Shown piece by piece: positions 40,632 to 49,361 of a stretch of DNA of 64,000 nt. This stretch comes from Planctomycetota bacterium (GTDB taxonomy: Bacteria; Planctomycetota; Phycisphaerae; Phycisphaerales; SM1A02), in assembly GCA_027622195.1 (NCBI GenBank), contig JAQBZO010000005.1:18861-82860 (forward strand), written 5' to 3'. The translations under genes were made by a program, and so were the position numbers. The notes below the pieces were generated by a model. That model saw nothing but the letters and a program-made list of their open reading frames with translations. It was not told the origin of the DNA and made no database searches. Each line of letters starts with the position of its first letter. Position 1 is the stretch's first letter.

Positions 40632-41486
40632 TTAGAGCTTGAGCTGACCGTAACGGCGGCTGTAACGCCGACGAAGAATTCGTTTATCGCTGGCCTTGCC
40701 GTACCCGCGGGTGCGACCGCCCTTCGATCCAGTGCCGCTTGCATTCGATGGCTCTTGACCACCCTTTGAGCGACCTTCACCACCGCCGTGGGGATGTTGG
40801 TGATGGCTCATTGCCACGCCGCGTGTGCGAGGACGACGTCCAAGCCAACGAGCGCGACCTGCCTTACCGAGTTTCACATTGCCGTGATCTGGATTTCCAA
40901 CGGAACCGACTGTCGCGCGGCATTCCACGCTCACCTGTCGGATTTCACCCGATGGCAAGACGATGGTGGCCCAACGACCTTCTTTATTGGTGAGATTGGC
41001 ACCGAGTCCTGCACTGCGAACCATTTGTCCGCCGCGACCTGGCTCCATTTCAACATTGTGCACTTGCATGCCCGTTGGGATGTGCTTGATCGGCAAGCAC
41101 ACACCAGGAGTTGGATCGAGTGGATTCGCGCTGCTCATCACCTTGTCGCCAGCGGTCAGTCCCTTTGGCGCGAGGATGTATCGAAGTGTTCCATCTTCAT
41201 ACTTCAGCAATGCGATGTGGCATGATCGGTTGGGGTCGTATTCGATTCCGACCACGATGGCGACCATGTCATCCTTCTGCCGCTTGAAGTCGATGACGCG
41301 GTAACGGCGCTTATGTCCGCCACCCTGTTGAATGACCGTGAGTTTGCCTTGAACGTTTCGTCCGCCGGACTTCGGCGCAGGACGCAACAGGCTCTTCTCA
41401 GGGCGCTTCTTCGTGACTTCGGCATGCATATTCACCGACGCGTTGCGTCGGCCTGCCGTTGTTGGCTTGTAAACTCGAATTGCCAT
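40632..41486 (-). CDS. rplB: 50S ribosomal protein L2
   Basis: GGGHKRRYR.IDF, EYDPNR, LPSGE, HPHGGGEG. Confidence 0.98.
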   Translation of the reverse strand: MAIRVYKPTTAGRRNASVNMHAEVTKKRPEKSLLRPAPKSGGRNVQGKLTVIQQGGGHKRRYRVIDFKRQKDDMVAIVVGIEYDPNRSCHIALLKYEDGTLRYILAPKGLTAGDKVMSSANPLDPTPGVCLPIKHIPTGMQVHNVEMEPGRGGQMVRSAGLGANLTNKEGRWATIVLPSGEIRQVSVECRATVGSVGNPDHGNVKLGKAGRARWLGRRPRTRGVAMSHHQHPHGGGEGRSKGGQEPSNASGTGSKGGRTRGYGKASDKRILRRRYSRRYGQLKL

Positions 41487-41507
41487 AAAGGGTTCTTCCT
41501 TCGAAAC

Positions 41508-41786
41508 TCAAGCGAGTTCGATTTTGTCCTCTGGGTGGACGCACACAAGAGCGATTTTGACCAAGGGAAGCGTCACATAGCCATACTTGAATCCGCGCAT
41601 TTCACCCTTGCGATTTTGCGTCTTCACGCCGATGACACGCACCTTGAAGAGGGACTGAACAGCTTCCTTGATCTCAGTCTTCGTCGCGCGCCGATCCACT
41701 TCAAAAGTGAATTGATTGCCGACATCGATCGCAGCGGTTGCCTTCTCAGTCACGATTGGTTTACGAATGACGGTTGTTGGTTCCAT
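41508..41786 (-). CDS. rplW: 50S ribosomal protein L23
   Basis: PIVTEK, ATKTEIKEAV..LF.V.V. Confidence 0.96.
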   Translation of the reverse strand: MEPTTVIRKPIVTEKATAAIDVGNQFTFEVDRRATKTEIKEAVQSLFKVRVIGVKTQNRKGEMRGFKYGYVTLPLVKIALVCVHPEDKIELA

Positions 41787-42446
41787 TTACGCAACCTCCT
41801 TGCCCTGGCTCTTTTCATAGACGGTGCCGGCAATGAATGCCTGAAGCGACGCCTTATCGAGAAGCAGGTAACGGTGATTGAGCAGATCAAACACATTGAG
41901 CTGGTCAATGCGCACGACATTCACGCCGTCGAGGTTTCGAGCCGAGAGGCGAGCATTGGTGTTGCCGAAGTCGACCGCCACGAGGCAGGATCTTTCGACG
42001 CCCACTGCAGCGAGCACGCTCGCGAAATCGCTCGTTTTTGCCTGAGCAAATGCCAACGAGTCCATGACCTTCACTTCGGCATCGACGAGTTTTGCAAGAA
42101 GTGCGTTGCGATTCGCAAGACGCTTCATGCGAGCAGGCATCTGGCTTCGGAATGCATCGCGCGTGCGATCCTTCTTGAAGGCCACGCCGCCGCCCTTACG
42201 GTTGGGCACACGGGACGCACCAACGCGAGCGTTGCCGGTTCCTTTTTGCTTATACACCTTGCGCGTGGAGCCGACGATGTCGCCGCGACTCTTCGTGCGC
42301 GCAGATCCTTGTCGTTGGTGCTCATGCACCGAGACATAGGCCTGCTTCAAGAGTGCTGGGCGAACTTTTTCGCCGAGCATGGCTGGGTCGATTTCGATGG
42401 TCTCGACCGTCTTACCTAGTTTGTCAAACACGGGGAGTTTGATCAT
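41787..42446 (-). CDS. rplD: 50S ribosomal protein L4
   Basis: RQG, QKGTGNARVG, GGG, SARNL. Confidence 0.97.
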   Translation of the reverse strand: MIKLPVFDKLGKTVETIEIDPAMLGEKVRPALLKQAYVSVHEHQRQGSARTKSRGDIVGSTRKVYKQKGTGNARVGASRVPNRKGGGVAFKKDRTRDAFRSQMPARMKRLANRNALLAKLVDAEVKVMDSLAFAQAKTSDFASVLAAVGVERSCLVAVDFGNTNARLSARNLDGVNVVRIDQLNVFDLLNHRYLLLDKASLQAFIAGTVYEKSQGKEVA

Positions 42447-42600
42447 TGTTTACCTTCCGACGGACACTTCCGTCACATTTCGCCTTTCCCTCCACGCGCC
42501 GATGAATTCGTGGCGTGTGGCAGGGATCGACTCAGGTCTCGAAACAGTTCTTGTCGCTGCTGCGTGGTTCCCTTGCGGGCCTTCGCAGCCATTCAGGCCT

Positions 42601-43287
42601 TTATTTTCCGGCCTGAATTCTTGCCTTTGGCTTGTAGAGTCGCGTTGCGGCTCGGATGATGAGATTTCCATTCGACGCCCCGGGAATTGCACCCTTGACG
42701 ACGAGTAGATGTTTGACGGGGTCAATAGCAATCACATCGAGCGAGCGCACTGTCACGCGCTCATCACCCATGTGACCAGCCATTTTCTTACCCTTTTTGA
42801 TCTTGGCGCCGTGACCGCGGTCTGTGCCGTGCGATCCGATGCTGCCGGGCGAACGATGCTTGCGCTCCGTACCGTGCGATGCGCAGAGTCCCTTGAATCC
42901 GTGGCGAACCATACCGCCCTGGAATCCCTTGCCCTTGCTTGTGCCGATGACATCAACGAACTTCACTCCCTCGAGCGATGACACATCGATGACTTGTCCG
43001 ATGGTGTATGCCAAGCTCTCGGCGTCATTCGCGCAGCGCACTTCACGGTGCACTCGGCGCGGATCAACTCCCGCCTTGGCGTCGTGACCGATGACTGGCA
43101 TGGTCGAGTTGCGAGCGTTCACTTCGCCAAAACCAAGTTGAACCGCGGCGTAGCCGTCTGACTCAATGGTCTTGACTTGCGTGACATGGCAGGGACCCGC
43201 TTGAATCACGGTCACGGGAATGTTCTTCCCACTGGCCATGAACCAACGCGTCATTCCAAGTTTTGTGCCGAGGATGGCAGCTGGCAT
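42601..43287 (-). CDS. rplC: 50S ribosomal protein L3
   Basis: [40 protein letters not shown]. Confidence 0.98.
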   Translation of the reverse strand: MPAAILGTKLGMTRWFMASGKNIPVTVIQAGPCHVTQVKTIESDGYAAVQLGFGEVNARNSTMPVIGHDAKAGVDPRRVHREVRCANDAESLAYTIGQVIDVSSLEGVKFVDVIGTSKGKGFQGGMVRHGFKGLCASHGTERKHRSPGSIGSHGTDRGHGAKIKKGKKMAGHMGDERVTVRSLDVIAIDPVKHLLVVKGAIPGASNGNLIIRAATRLYKPKARIQAGK

Positions 43288-43360
43288 GTCTGTTCGTTCC
43301 ATTCTTGCCGGAGGTTCGTGCCCCACAAGGGCATCGGACGCGGCAGATCTTTAAGCAATA

Positions 43361-43668
43361 TCAGTTCGATGACAATTTCATGCGGATGAAGACACCCGCT
43401 GGAATCACGAGGCGATTAAGCGAATCAATCGTCCGAGGAGTGACCTCAGTGATGTCGATGACGCGCTTATGGGTTCGGATTTCAAACTGCTCGCGGCTCT
43501 TCTTATCGATGAACGGTTGACGGTGTAGATCTCGCGGCGAGTCGGTAATGGGATTGGACCCGCGACGCGTGCTCCGCTAATACGGGTCAAATCGATAATT
43601 TCCTTGGCGCTTGCGTCAAGAACCTGATGGTCGTACGCCTCGAGGCGGATGCGAATCAATCCAGTCAT
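43361..43668 (-). CDS. rpsJ: 30S ribosomal protein S10, frameshifted in this sequence near 43511-43517
   Basis: [10 protein letters not shown]...GPIPLPT...YTVNRS in one frame; [20 protein letters not shown]...PAGV in another, stop at 43361. Confidence 0.93.
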
Positions 43669-43770
43669 TTGGTATCTGCGTCTCTCACAAAACCGATTCA
43701 ACAGCCATTCTTCAGAACAACCCGCCACGAGTGCGGATGGCTTGATGCGCTCATCACGGGGGAATCGGGC

Positions 43771-43798
43771 AGGATACCGAATCTAGATTCCATGTCAA
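43771..43798 (-). promoter_or_regulatory. Putative S10 operon promoter
   Basis: TTGACA - 16 nt - TATCCT on the minus strand; spacer holds palindrome GAATCTAGATTC. Confidence 0.65.
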
Positions 43799-43841
43799 CA
43801 GGGAGGGTGAACTCAGTGGCAACTCGGACTACGATCCCGTC

Positions 43842-45350
43842 GTGCACGAATTCTTCAACCGACCGATTTTGCGGCAACTTGCGGGTGTTTCCGCATTTTA
43901 TTTCATCGCCGGTTCGATCGCGGTGATGAGAGATGGTCCAGCATGGCCGCTCTGGGAACGGTCGGTATGTGCGTCCTATAACACGCAAATAGAACCGCCT
44001 GCTGCAAAGAGTCGAGCCACCTTGCTTGAGGCGCAGCCTGTTTGCCTTGAGACACTCGGGATTTCGATCCAAATGCCCCTTGGATCAAAACTCATCCGTG
44101 ACGCCACCGCATCGTTGCCCGGATTCACCATCCTGGACGGCAATCCAAGCCCCCGATTTCACATCCGCCTTGTGCCTCTTCGAAGTGAATTGGACTTCTC
44201 GAGTCCGAAGCAAGAGGTCCAGAGGCATCTCGACGCACTCAAGGCGCAGGGAGCGAACTGGGATGTCCTTCGCAATGTTGAGGTGAACTATGGCGACGCG
44301 CCTGGGCACGAATTGTGGATTTCTCAAAAACTGCCCGATGGCCTCGTCGCGGTCATGGGTTGGGCCGTCTCGCAGGTTGGCCCGCAGGATTTCCTTTGCT
44401 TTTCGGTCATGACGAGTGGCATGAACATGATCGCTGCCGAACGGACCCTCGACGCATCGCTCGCCACCATCGAGTTCATTCCAATGGAAGTGATTCGACA
44501 GCAGCAATCGGCGCGAACGGCTGCTGGTGCCGCGATCCTCTCTCGCCTGCGGGATGAAGAACTCATTCGCCAGATGGCTCCTGTCGAACCAACGTGGTAT
44601 CGAATCTACAGTCAGGATGCAGTCGGCAATGTCAGCGAGATGGGATACATGCTCGTCTCTGCCGCGATTGAGCCTCGAGTTGCCGTGGATTCCAACGAGC
44701 GCCCCACTGAAACGCACTCGATTTCTGCACAAGATAAAGTGCAAGGGCTTCTCGTTCGCGTTCGAAGTCGCGTGCTGATGGATCCAAAAGGATTCTCATT
44801 CTCTGACACCGATGCGCGCTTCTGGATCGCACTCGACCGCACTTCTGAAATCTGGTCTGCGATTGTGTCCGAACGACAAGCCGGAAAGGTGCGCACATTT
44901 GGACAGACGGGGATTCGTGCGACATTGTGTGAGGACGAACCTCGTCCACCTCTCGTGGTCGCGATGTCGGGAGCTCGAACAAAGGATGGAGACGCTCGCC
45001 GCTGGACTCCGAATCCTGAAACCTATCTCACGCAAGCTGAACATCATCTGATGGGACGCGTGGCAGCGGTGCTTCAGGAAATGCCCGCCGAGGCTGGATT
45101 CTTTGCCTACGAATCCACGACTCAAAGCGTTCCGTTTCGATTGGATCGTTGGAAGAAGACGGCGAGCGGTTGGACATTGGAAACTGAAGCAGTCCTCGAT
45201 GCTCCCCCTTCGATCAGCGAGTTTGATTCGCGTGGTGTCCTGATCAAGTCGACTGATGTTGGTGGGACGATCACCGAGCGAACCACCCACGATGCTTTGC
45301 TCAAGCGGTGGAAACAACTTGGACTTCCTGTCGAAGGACCAACCTCGTGA
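43842..45350 (+). CDS. Hypothetical, probably exported protein (PsbP/DcrB-like N-half, beta-rich C-half)
   Basis: 502 aa ORF, hydrophobic N-terminus, GTGA overlap with next gene; start and domain calls uncertain. Confidence 0.65.
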   Translation: MHEFFNRPILRQLAGVSAFYFIAGSIAVMRDGPAWPLWERSVCASYNTQIEPPAAKSRATLLEAQPVCLETLGISIQMPLGSKLIRDATASLPGFTILDGNPSPRFHIRLVPLRSELDFSSPKQEVQRHLDALKAQGANWDVLRNVEVNYGDAPGHELWISQKLPDGLVAVMGWAVSQVGPQDFLCFSVMTSGMNMIAAERTLDASLATIEFIPMEVIRQQQSARTAAGAAILSRLRDEELIRQMAPVEPTWYRIYSQDAVGNVSEMGYMLVSAAIEPRVAVDSNERPTETHSISAQDKVQGLLVRVRSRVLMDPKGFSFSDTDARFWIALDRTSEIWSAIVSERQAGKVRTFGQTGIRATLCEDEPRPPLVVAMSGARTKDGDARRWTPNPETYLTQAEHHLMGRVAAVLQEMPAEAGFFAYESTTQSVPFRLDRWKKTASGWTLETEAVLDAPPSISEFDSRGVLIKSTDVGGTITERTTHDALLKRWKQLGLPVEGPTS

Positions 45351-46063
45351 ATCCCACATTACGAATCGCCGTGGCGATTCCTGTGTTTAACGAATGCAAC
45401 ACGATCGCGCGTGTCCTCAGTGAAGTGCGCGCTCGGATCAACAATGTTGTGGTCTTCGATGATGGTTCCACCGATGACTCTGCTTCATTGGCCGAAGCAG
45501 CGGGAGTACCCGTCGTGCGCCATCCGACCAACCTTGGATACGGCGCTGTGATGCAATCCGTACTGAGATGGGCACACAGTCAATCGCTCGATTGGGTCAT
45601 CACGATGGACTGCGACGAGCAGCACGAACCTGCATCGATTCCTGCATTTCTTGATGCAATCCGCAGCGACGACTCGGATGTGTTGAGTGGATCTCGATAC
45701 CTCGAACAATCGAAAATCAATGATGCCCCTCCTGCAGGGCGACGACGGATCAATGGAATCATGACATCCGAACTGAACGCTCTGCTGAAACTGAATATCA
45801 CCGATAGTTTCTGCGGTTTCAAGGCGTATCGGGTGAGCGCGTGCGCACCGCTTCAGCTTTCGTGCCCTGGATACGAGTTCCCCATCGAGTTCTGGATTCG
45901 CGCTGCTGAGGCTGGACTTCGAATCAGAGAGCTTCCCGTCAGTCTGATTTATAACGATCCCAATCGCAGTTTCGGCGGAGTGCTTGATGATGATCGACTG
46001 CGCCTCGAGCACTATCGACAGACACTCCAACAGGCCGTTCGTTGTGGCTGTGGAACGGCATGA
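45347..46063 (+). CDS. Glycosyltransferase family 2 (DPM1-like)
   Basis: IPVFNE, DDGSTD, NLGYG, TMDCDEQH, SGSRY, ITDSFCGFKAYR. Confidence 0.92.
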   Translation: MNPTLRIAVAIPVFNECNTIARVLSEVRARINNVVVFDDGSTDDSASLAEAAGVPVVRHPTNLGYGAVMQSVLRWAHSQSLDWVITMDCDEQHEPASIPAFLDAIRSDDSDVLSGSRYLEQSKINDAPPAGRRRINGIMTSELNALLKLNITDSFCGFKAYRVSACAPLQLSCPGYEFPIEFWIRAAEAGLRIRELPVSLIYNDPNRSFGGVLDDDRLRLEHYRQTLQQAVRCGCGTA

Positions 46064-47412
46064 TTCACAGCACTCTGGTCGAGTTGCCTCGCGCCGTTGC
46101 GCCGCCGACAACGAATGACTTCTCCGCGGCGATCGACGAAACGCGAAGCGCGCTTGGGTGGACCTCCACTCGAATCATCGGCACCGGACACCAGGCCGCA
46201 CTCTGGCATCCTGGCATCTTGGCGAAGTTCATCGCGGCAAGGGCGTGGGCGAATGGCGCTAGAAGGTCCAGTCCATCGAAAGCGGTGTTCATCATCGCCG
46301 ACCACGATGCGAATGATGGAGGCCTCATCGCGTGGCCCTCGTGGACTACGACGTCGAATGGCACGCGGTCCACATTGTCGAAAGCACTCGCGCGAATCGC
46401 TCCCGACCCACGCGGGCTTGCCCTTGCGGCGATCCCCGCAGCGATGGCTCGCACGGTTGAAACCGATCCGCACGCCTTCGTGCGAATGACCGATCGCCTT
46501 GAGGCGATCCACGCTGCGATGCATCGCCACCACCACGCGAGGTCGCTCGCAGAGCAACTCTTTCGAACGAACATCGATCTTGTTGCGCCTGCACTGGCAG
46601 ACACCGAGACCATTGCGACATCCACGTTGATGAACACTTCGCTCGGGCGGGCCGTCGTCGAGCGTGCAGTGTCTGATCCACGCGCCCTCTGCACTGCCTG
46701 GAATCAGGCTCTCAGTGGGGCAACGCGCATTGCACGCCCCCTCCCCGATGATGGACGCACACTTCCGTTTTGGGTTTCGAAGCGCGATCAACCGCGCCGC
46801 CGCGCAATGGTGATCGATGCGCGGGCATGGCTCGACACTCGCGAGGACGGACTCCTCTTGCCTAGCGCGATACTGGCGAGCGGAATGATGCGCTTCGTGT
46901 GCAATGAGTGGATTCACGGGACTGGCGCGCGAGATTATGAAAACGCAGGAGCGCGTTTCTGGCGCACATGGATTGGATCCGCACCCCGTGAGTTCGCGAC
47001 GGTCACGGCGACGATGACTTTGGATATCGAAAGTCCTGCCTCAACCTTTCAACCGAGAAGCGAGATCGATGCGAACCGCGCGCGCATGAATCCCGAGGAG
47101 CTCGACGGGATGGATGCGGTGTCTGCTCGGCGCGCACTCGCCGAGTCCATTGCAACCATGACGCGCAAATCGTCCGAACGACGCGGTGCGTATCAATCAT
47201 TGCGCCGTGAAGTCTCTCGATCGCGTGATCGTCATGCTCAGCAGTTGAATGAGATGCATATGGACGAACGCGCACGTCGAATTGAGGCGTACAGCGAATC
47301 ACTTCGGGTGGACCGCACCTGGGGAGCATGGCTCCACGAGCGCGAGCAGATCGATGCGCTGGGCGCACTGCTCAGCGAACGGATCGAAAGTCAAATCACT
47401 CAGCAAGCGTGA
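46060..47412 (+). CDS. Hypothetical protein, possible distant BshC-like ligase
   Basis: TGHQAALWHPG, FIIADHD, WIHGTGA.DY, C-terminal coiled coil; ATGA coupling to GT2. Confidence 0.6.
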   Translation: MIHSTLVELPRAVAPPTTNDFSAAIDETRSALGWTSTRIIGTGHQAALWHPGILAKFIAARAWANGARRSSPSKAVFIIADHDANDGGLIAWPSWTTTSNGTRSTLSKALARIAPDPRGLALAAIPAAMARTVETDPHAFVRMTDRLEAIHAAMHRHHHARSLAEQLFRTNIDLVAPALADTETIATSTLMNTSLGRAVVERAVSDPRALCTAWNQALSGATRIARPLPDDGRTLPFWVSKRDQPRRRAMVIDARAWLDTREDGLLLPSAILASGMMRFVCNEWIHGTGARDYENAGARFWRTWIGSAPREFATVTATMTLDIESPASTFQPRSEIDANRARMNPEELDGMDAVSARRALAESIATMTRKSSERRGAYQSLRREVSRSRDRHAQQLNEMHMDERARRIEAYSESLRVDRTWGAWLHEREQIDALGALLSERIESQITQQA

Positions 47413-48391
47413 GTGGATTCGGACGGTAGATCTTGGTGCCCAGAGCCCAGACCTTGTCCGACCAAGGAGAGGATCCCTCGACGAAACGGCCACGGTCGGC
47501 CGCTTGGAGTGCAATGCCCATCTTGGCGTCAAGGTTGTCGAGCATGGCGACGAAGATGGCCTCTGGCGTGCTCGGCTGCTTCGCTGCACCAAACTCGAGC
47601 TTGTCATGATGGCTCAGAATGATGTGCTGCAACCCGCGCACGGCTGATGCTGGAATCTTGGCTCCCGATGTCCGCGCCGTCAACGCTGCTCGAATCTGAA
47701 GATTGATCGCGCCTCGCACAATGTGTCCGATGAGATGTCCATCTTCGGTGTATTCAAATCCCTTCGACCATGCCAACTCTTGGGTCTTTCCGAGGTCGTG
47801 AAGGAACAATCCAGCGAGAACAAGGTCTCGACTGAGTTGCGGATACAACGGCAAGAGTCGTTCAGCTCCCTCAAGCAGGTTGAGCGTGTGCTCGAGGAGT
47901 CCTCCGATGAACGCGTGATGAACATTCACTGCAGCAGGTGCCGTCTTGAATGAACTCATGAGTGGTTCGTCCGCAAGATAGGCATCCATCAGGGCCTTCA
48001 TTCCAGGATGTTCGATGGTGCCGACGATGGCGGACACTCGCGCGAACATCGCGTCGATGTCACGCGATGTCACAGGAAGGAGATGTCGCAAGTCGTCTGC
48101 GGCAACTTCCACCGGCTGAATCGTGTCCACCATCACCTGAACTGAACCTTGGTAATCCTCGGTGCGCCCGGTGATCCACACAAATCCAGTCGATGAAATG
48201 GATCCGATGAGCCCGTCATCAAAACTCCATTTTCGAATGGGCACTTCACCTGTCGCATCTTTGAGAAGTCCCTTGAGATAGGACTTCCCCTGCTTCGTGA
48301 CGCCGACTTGTGGATTCACAATGGCGTAGACGCCATCGAATGCTGTATTTGGCTGTAATTCCCGAAGTTTCTGATGCGGTCGATCGTTCAT
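47396..48391 (-). CDS. yhaM: YhaM/Cbf1-like OB-fold + HD 3'-5' exoribonuclease
   Basis: PAA..VHHAF.GGLLEHT, LHDLGK, EYT..GHLIGHI, HIILSHH, P.TPEA, DNLDAK. Confidence 0.88.
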   Translation of the reverse strand: MNDRPHQKLRELQPNTAFDGVYAIVNPQVGVTKQGKSYLKGLLKDATGEVPIRKWSFDDGLIGSISSTGFVWITGRTEDYQGSVQVMVDTIQPVEVAADDLRHLLPVTSRDIDAMFARVSAIVGTIEHPGMKALMDAYLADEPLMSSFKTAPAAVNVHHAFIGGLLEHTLNLLEGAERLLPLYPQLSRDLVLAGLFLHDLGKTQELAWSKGFEYTEDGHLIGHIVRGAINLQIRAALTARTSGAKIPASAVRGLQHIILSHHDKLEFGAAKQPSTPEAIFVAMLDNLDAKMGIALQAADRGRFVEGSSPWSDKVWALGTKIYRPNPLTLAE

Positions 48392-48413
48392 TGGAGCGGC
48401 AAGGTTACCCGCA

Positions 48414-49361
48414 TCACGGGCACACCGCACCCCACCCCTTCAGGCGTGCATCTCGCATCACATCGGGAATTCGGTCGATGAGGTCCCGTGCCAAAAGTCC
48501 CGCGGTGCCATGATCATGCGACCACCGCGATGCCGAGAGTCCGTGGACAGTCACCGCGACCCGTGCGCAGTCAAACAGGGAAAGTGTGGGGATGATGGGC
48601 GATCCAGGACCGAATTGAGCGACGATCGAGGCGCAAATGCCAGTGAGGACATCACCGCTTCCTCCAGTCGCGAGGGCGGCCGTTCCAGCATGGACCTGCC
48701 ACACTTCGCAGGTGGTTGCCACAGTGGTCAAGGATCCCTTGAGAATCACAACACACGCCAGCCGTGTCGCGAGTGCCTGCGCGCATTGACGCATCGATGC
48801 GGGATCACTGACATCCAGTCGCGCAGAAAGATCCAGCGCCGATGCAAGTCGCTCAAACTCTCCAGGGTGCGGAGTCAGAATCGAAGTGGCTTGAAGATCC
48901 AATGCGAATTGCGGAGTCATCGCAAGACAGTTCAATGCGTCGGCATCAAGAACAAGCGGGATTGGTGACCCTGATGCGAGCCGCATCACGACTTGTTGAG
49001 CGCCGAGCGATGTGCCGAGTCCAGGACCGACTGCACAAACGCGTGCGCGTTGAATGCGCGCATCAATCGCTTCAGCAGCGGCGCTTGGGAGGACAACATT
49101 GAGTTCATCCACTGGCAAAGCAATCGCCGTGGCTTCTGGAACAATCGCGAGCGCCGCATCCACAACCGGTCGCGGCACCGCGAGCCATGCAAGTCCACAT
49201 CCGGTGCGAAGTGCTGCGAGAGCGCACAGCGATGGACCCCCCACCATCACATCGATTCCGTCACAACGACCACCGACGATGAGGACTGAACCAAATGTTC
49301 CCTTGTGACCATTCGGGTCGCGCGGTGGAAGGGGTGAAATCGCCGCGAGATCATCGAACAC
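48414..49361 (-). CDS. nnrD: ADP-dependent NAD(P)H-hydrate dehydratase
   Basis: HKGTFG, GPGLG, VLDADAL, LTPHPGEF, LATGGSGDVLTG; GTG start 49361. Confidence 0.92.
   Translation of the reverse strand: MFDDLAAISPLPPRDPNGHKGTFGSVLIVGGRCDGIDVMVGGPSLCALAALRTGCGLAWLAVPRPVVDAALAIVPEATAIALPVDELNVVLPSAAAEAIDARIQRARVCAVGPGLGTSLGAQQVVMRLASGSPIPLVLDADALNCLAMTPQFALDLQATSILTPHPGEFERLASALDLSARLDVSDPASMRQCAQALATRLACVVILKGSLTTVATTCEVWQVHAGTAALATGGSGDVLTGICASIVAQFGPGSPIIPTLSLFDCARVAVTVHGLSASRWSHDHGTAGLLARDLIDRIPDVMRDARLKGWGAVCP

Noticed and set aside
43500..43525. Programmed frameshifting in rpsJ
   Set aside because: No slippery run, and conserved residues would still be missing; repeat collapse explains it
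47396..47412. Convergent 3' overlaps (also 62023-62026, 63829-63846) as antisense regulation
   Set aside because: Common in compact genomes; no further evidence
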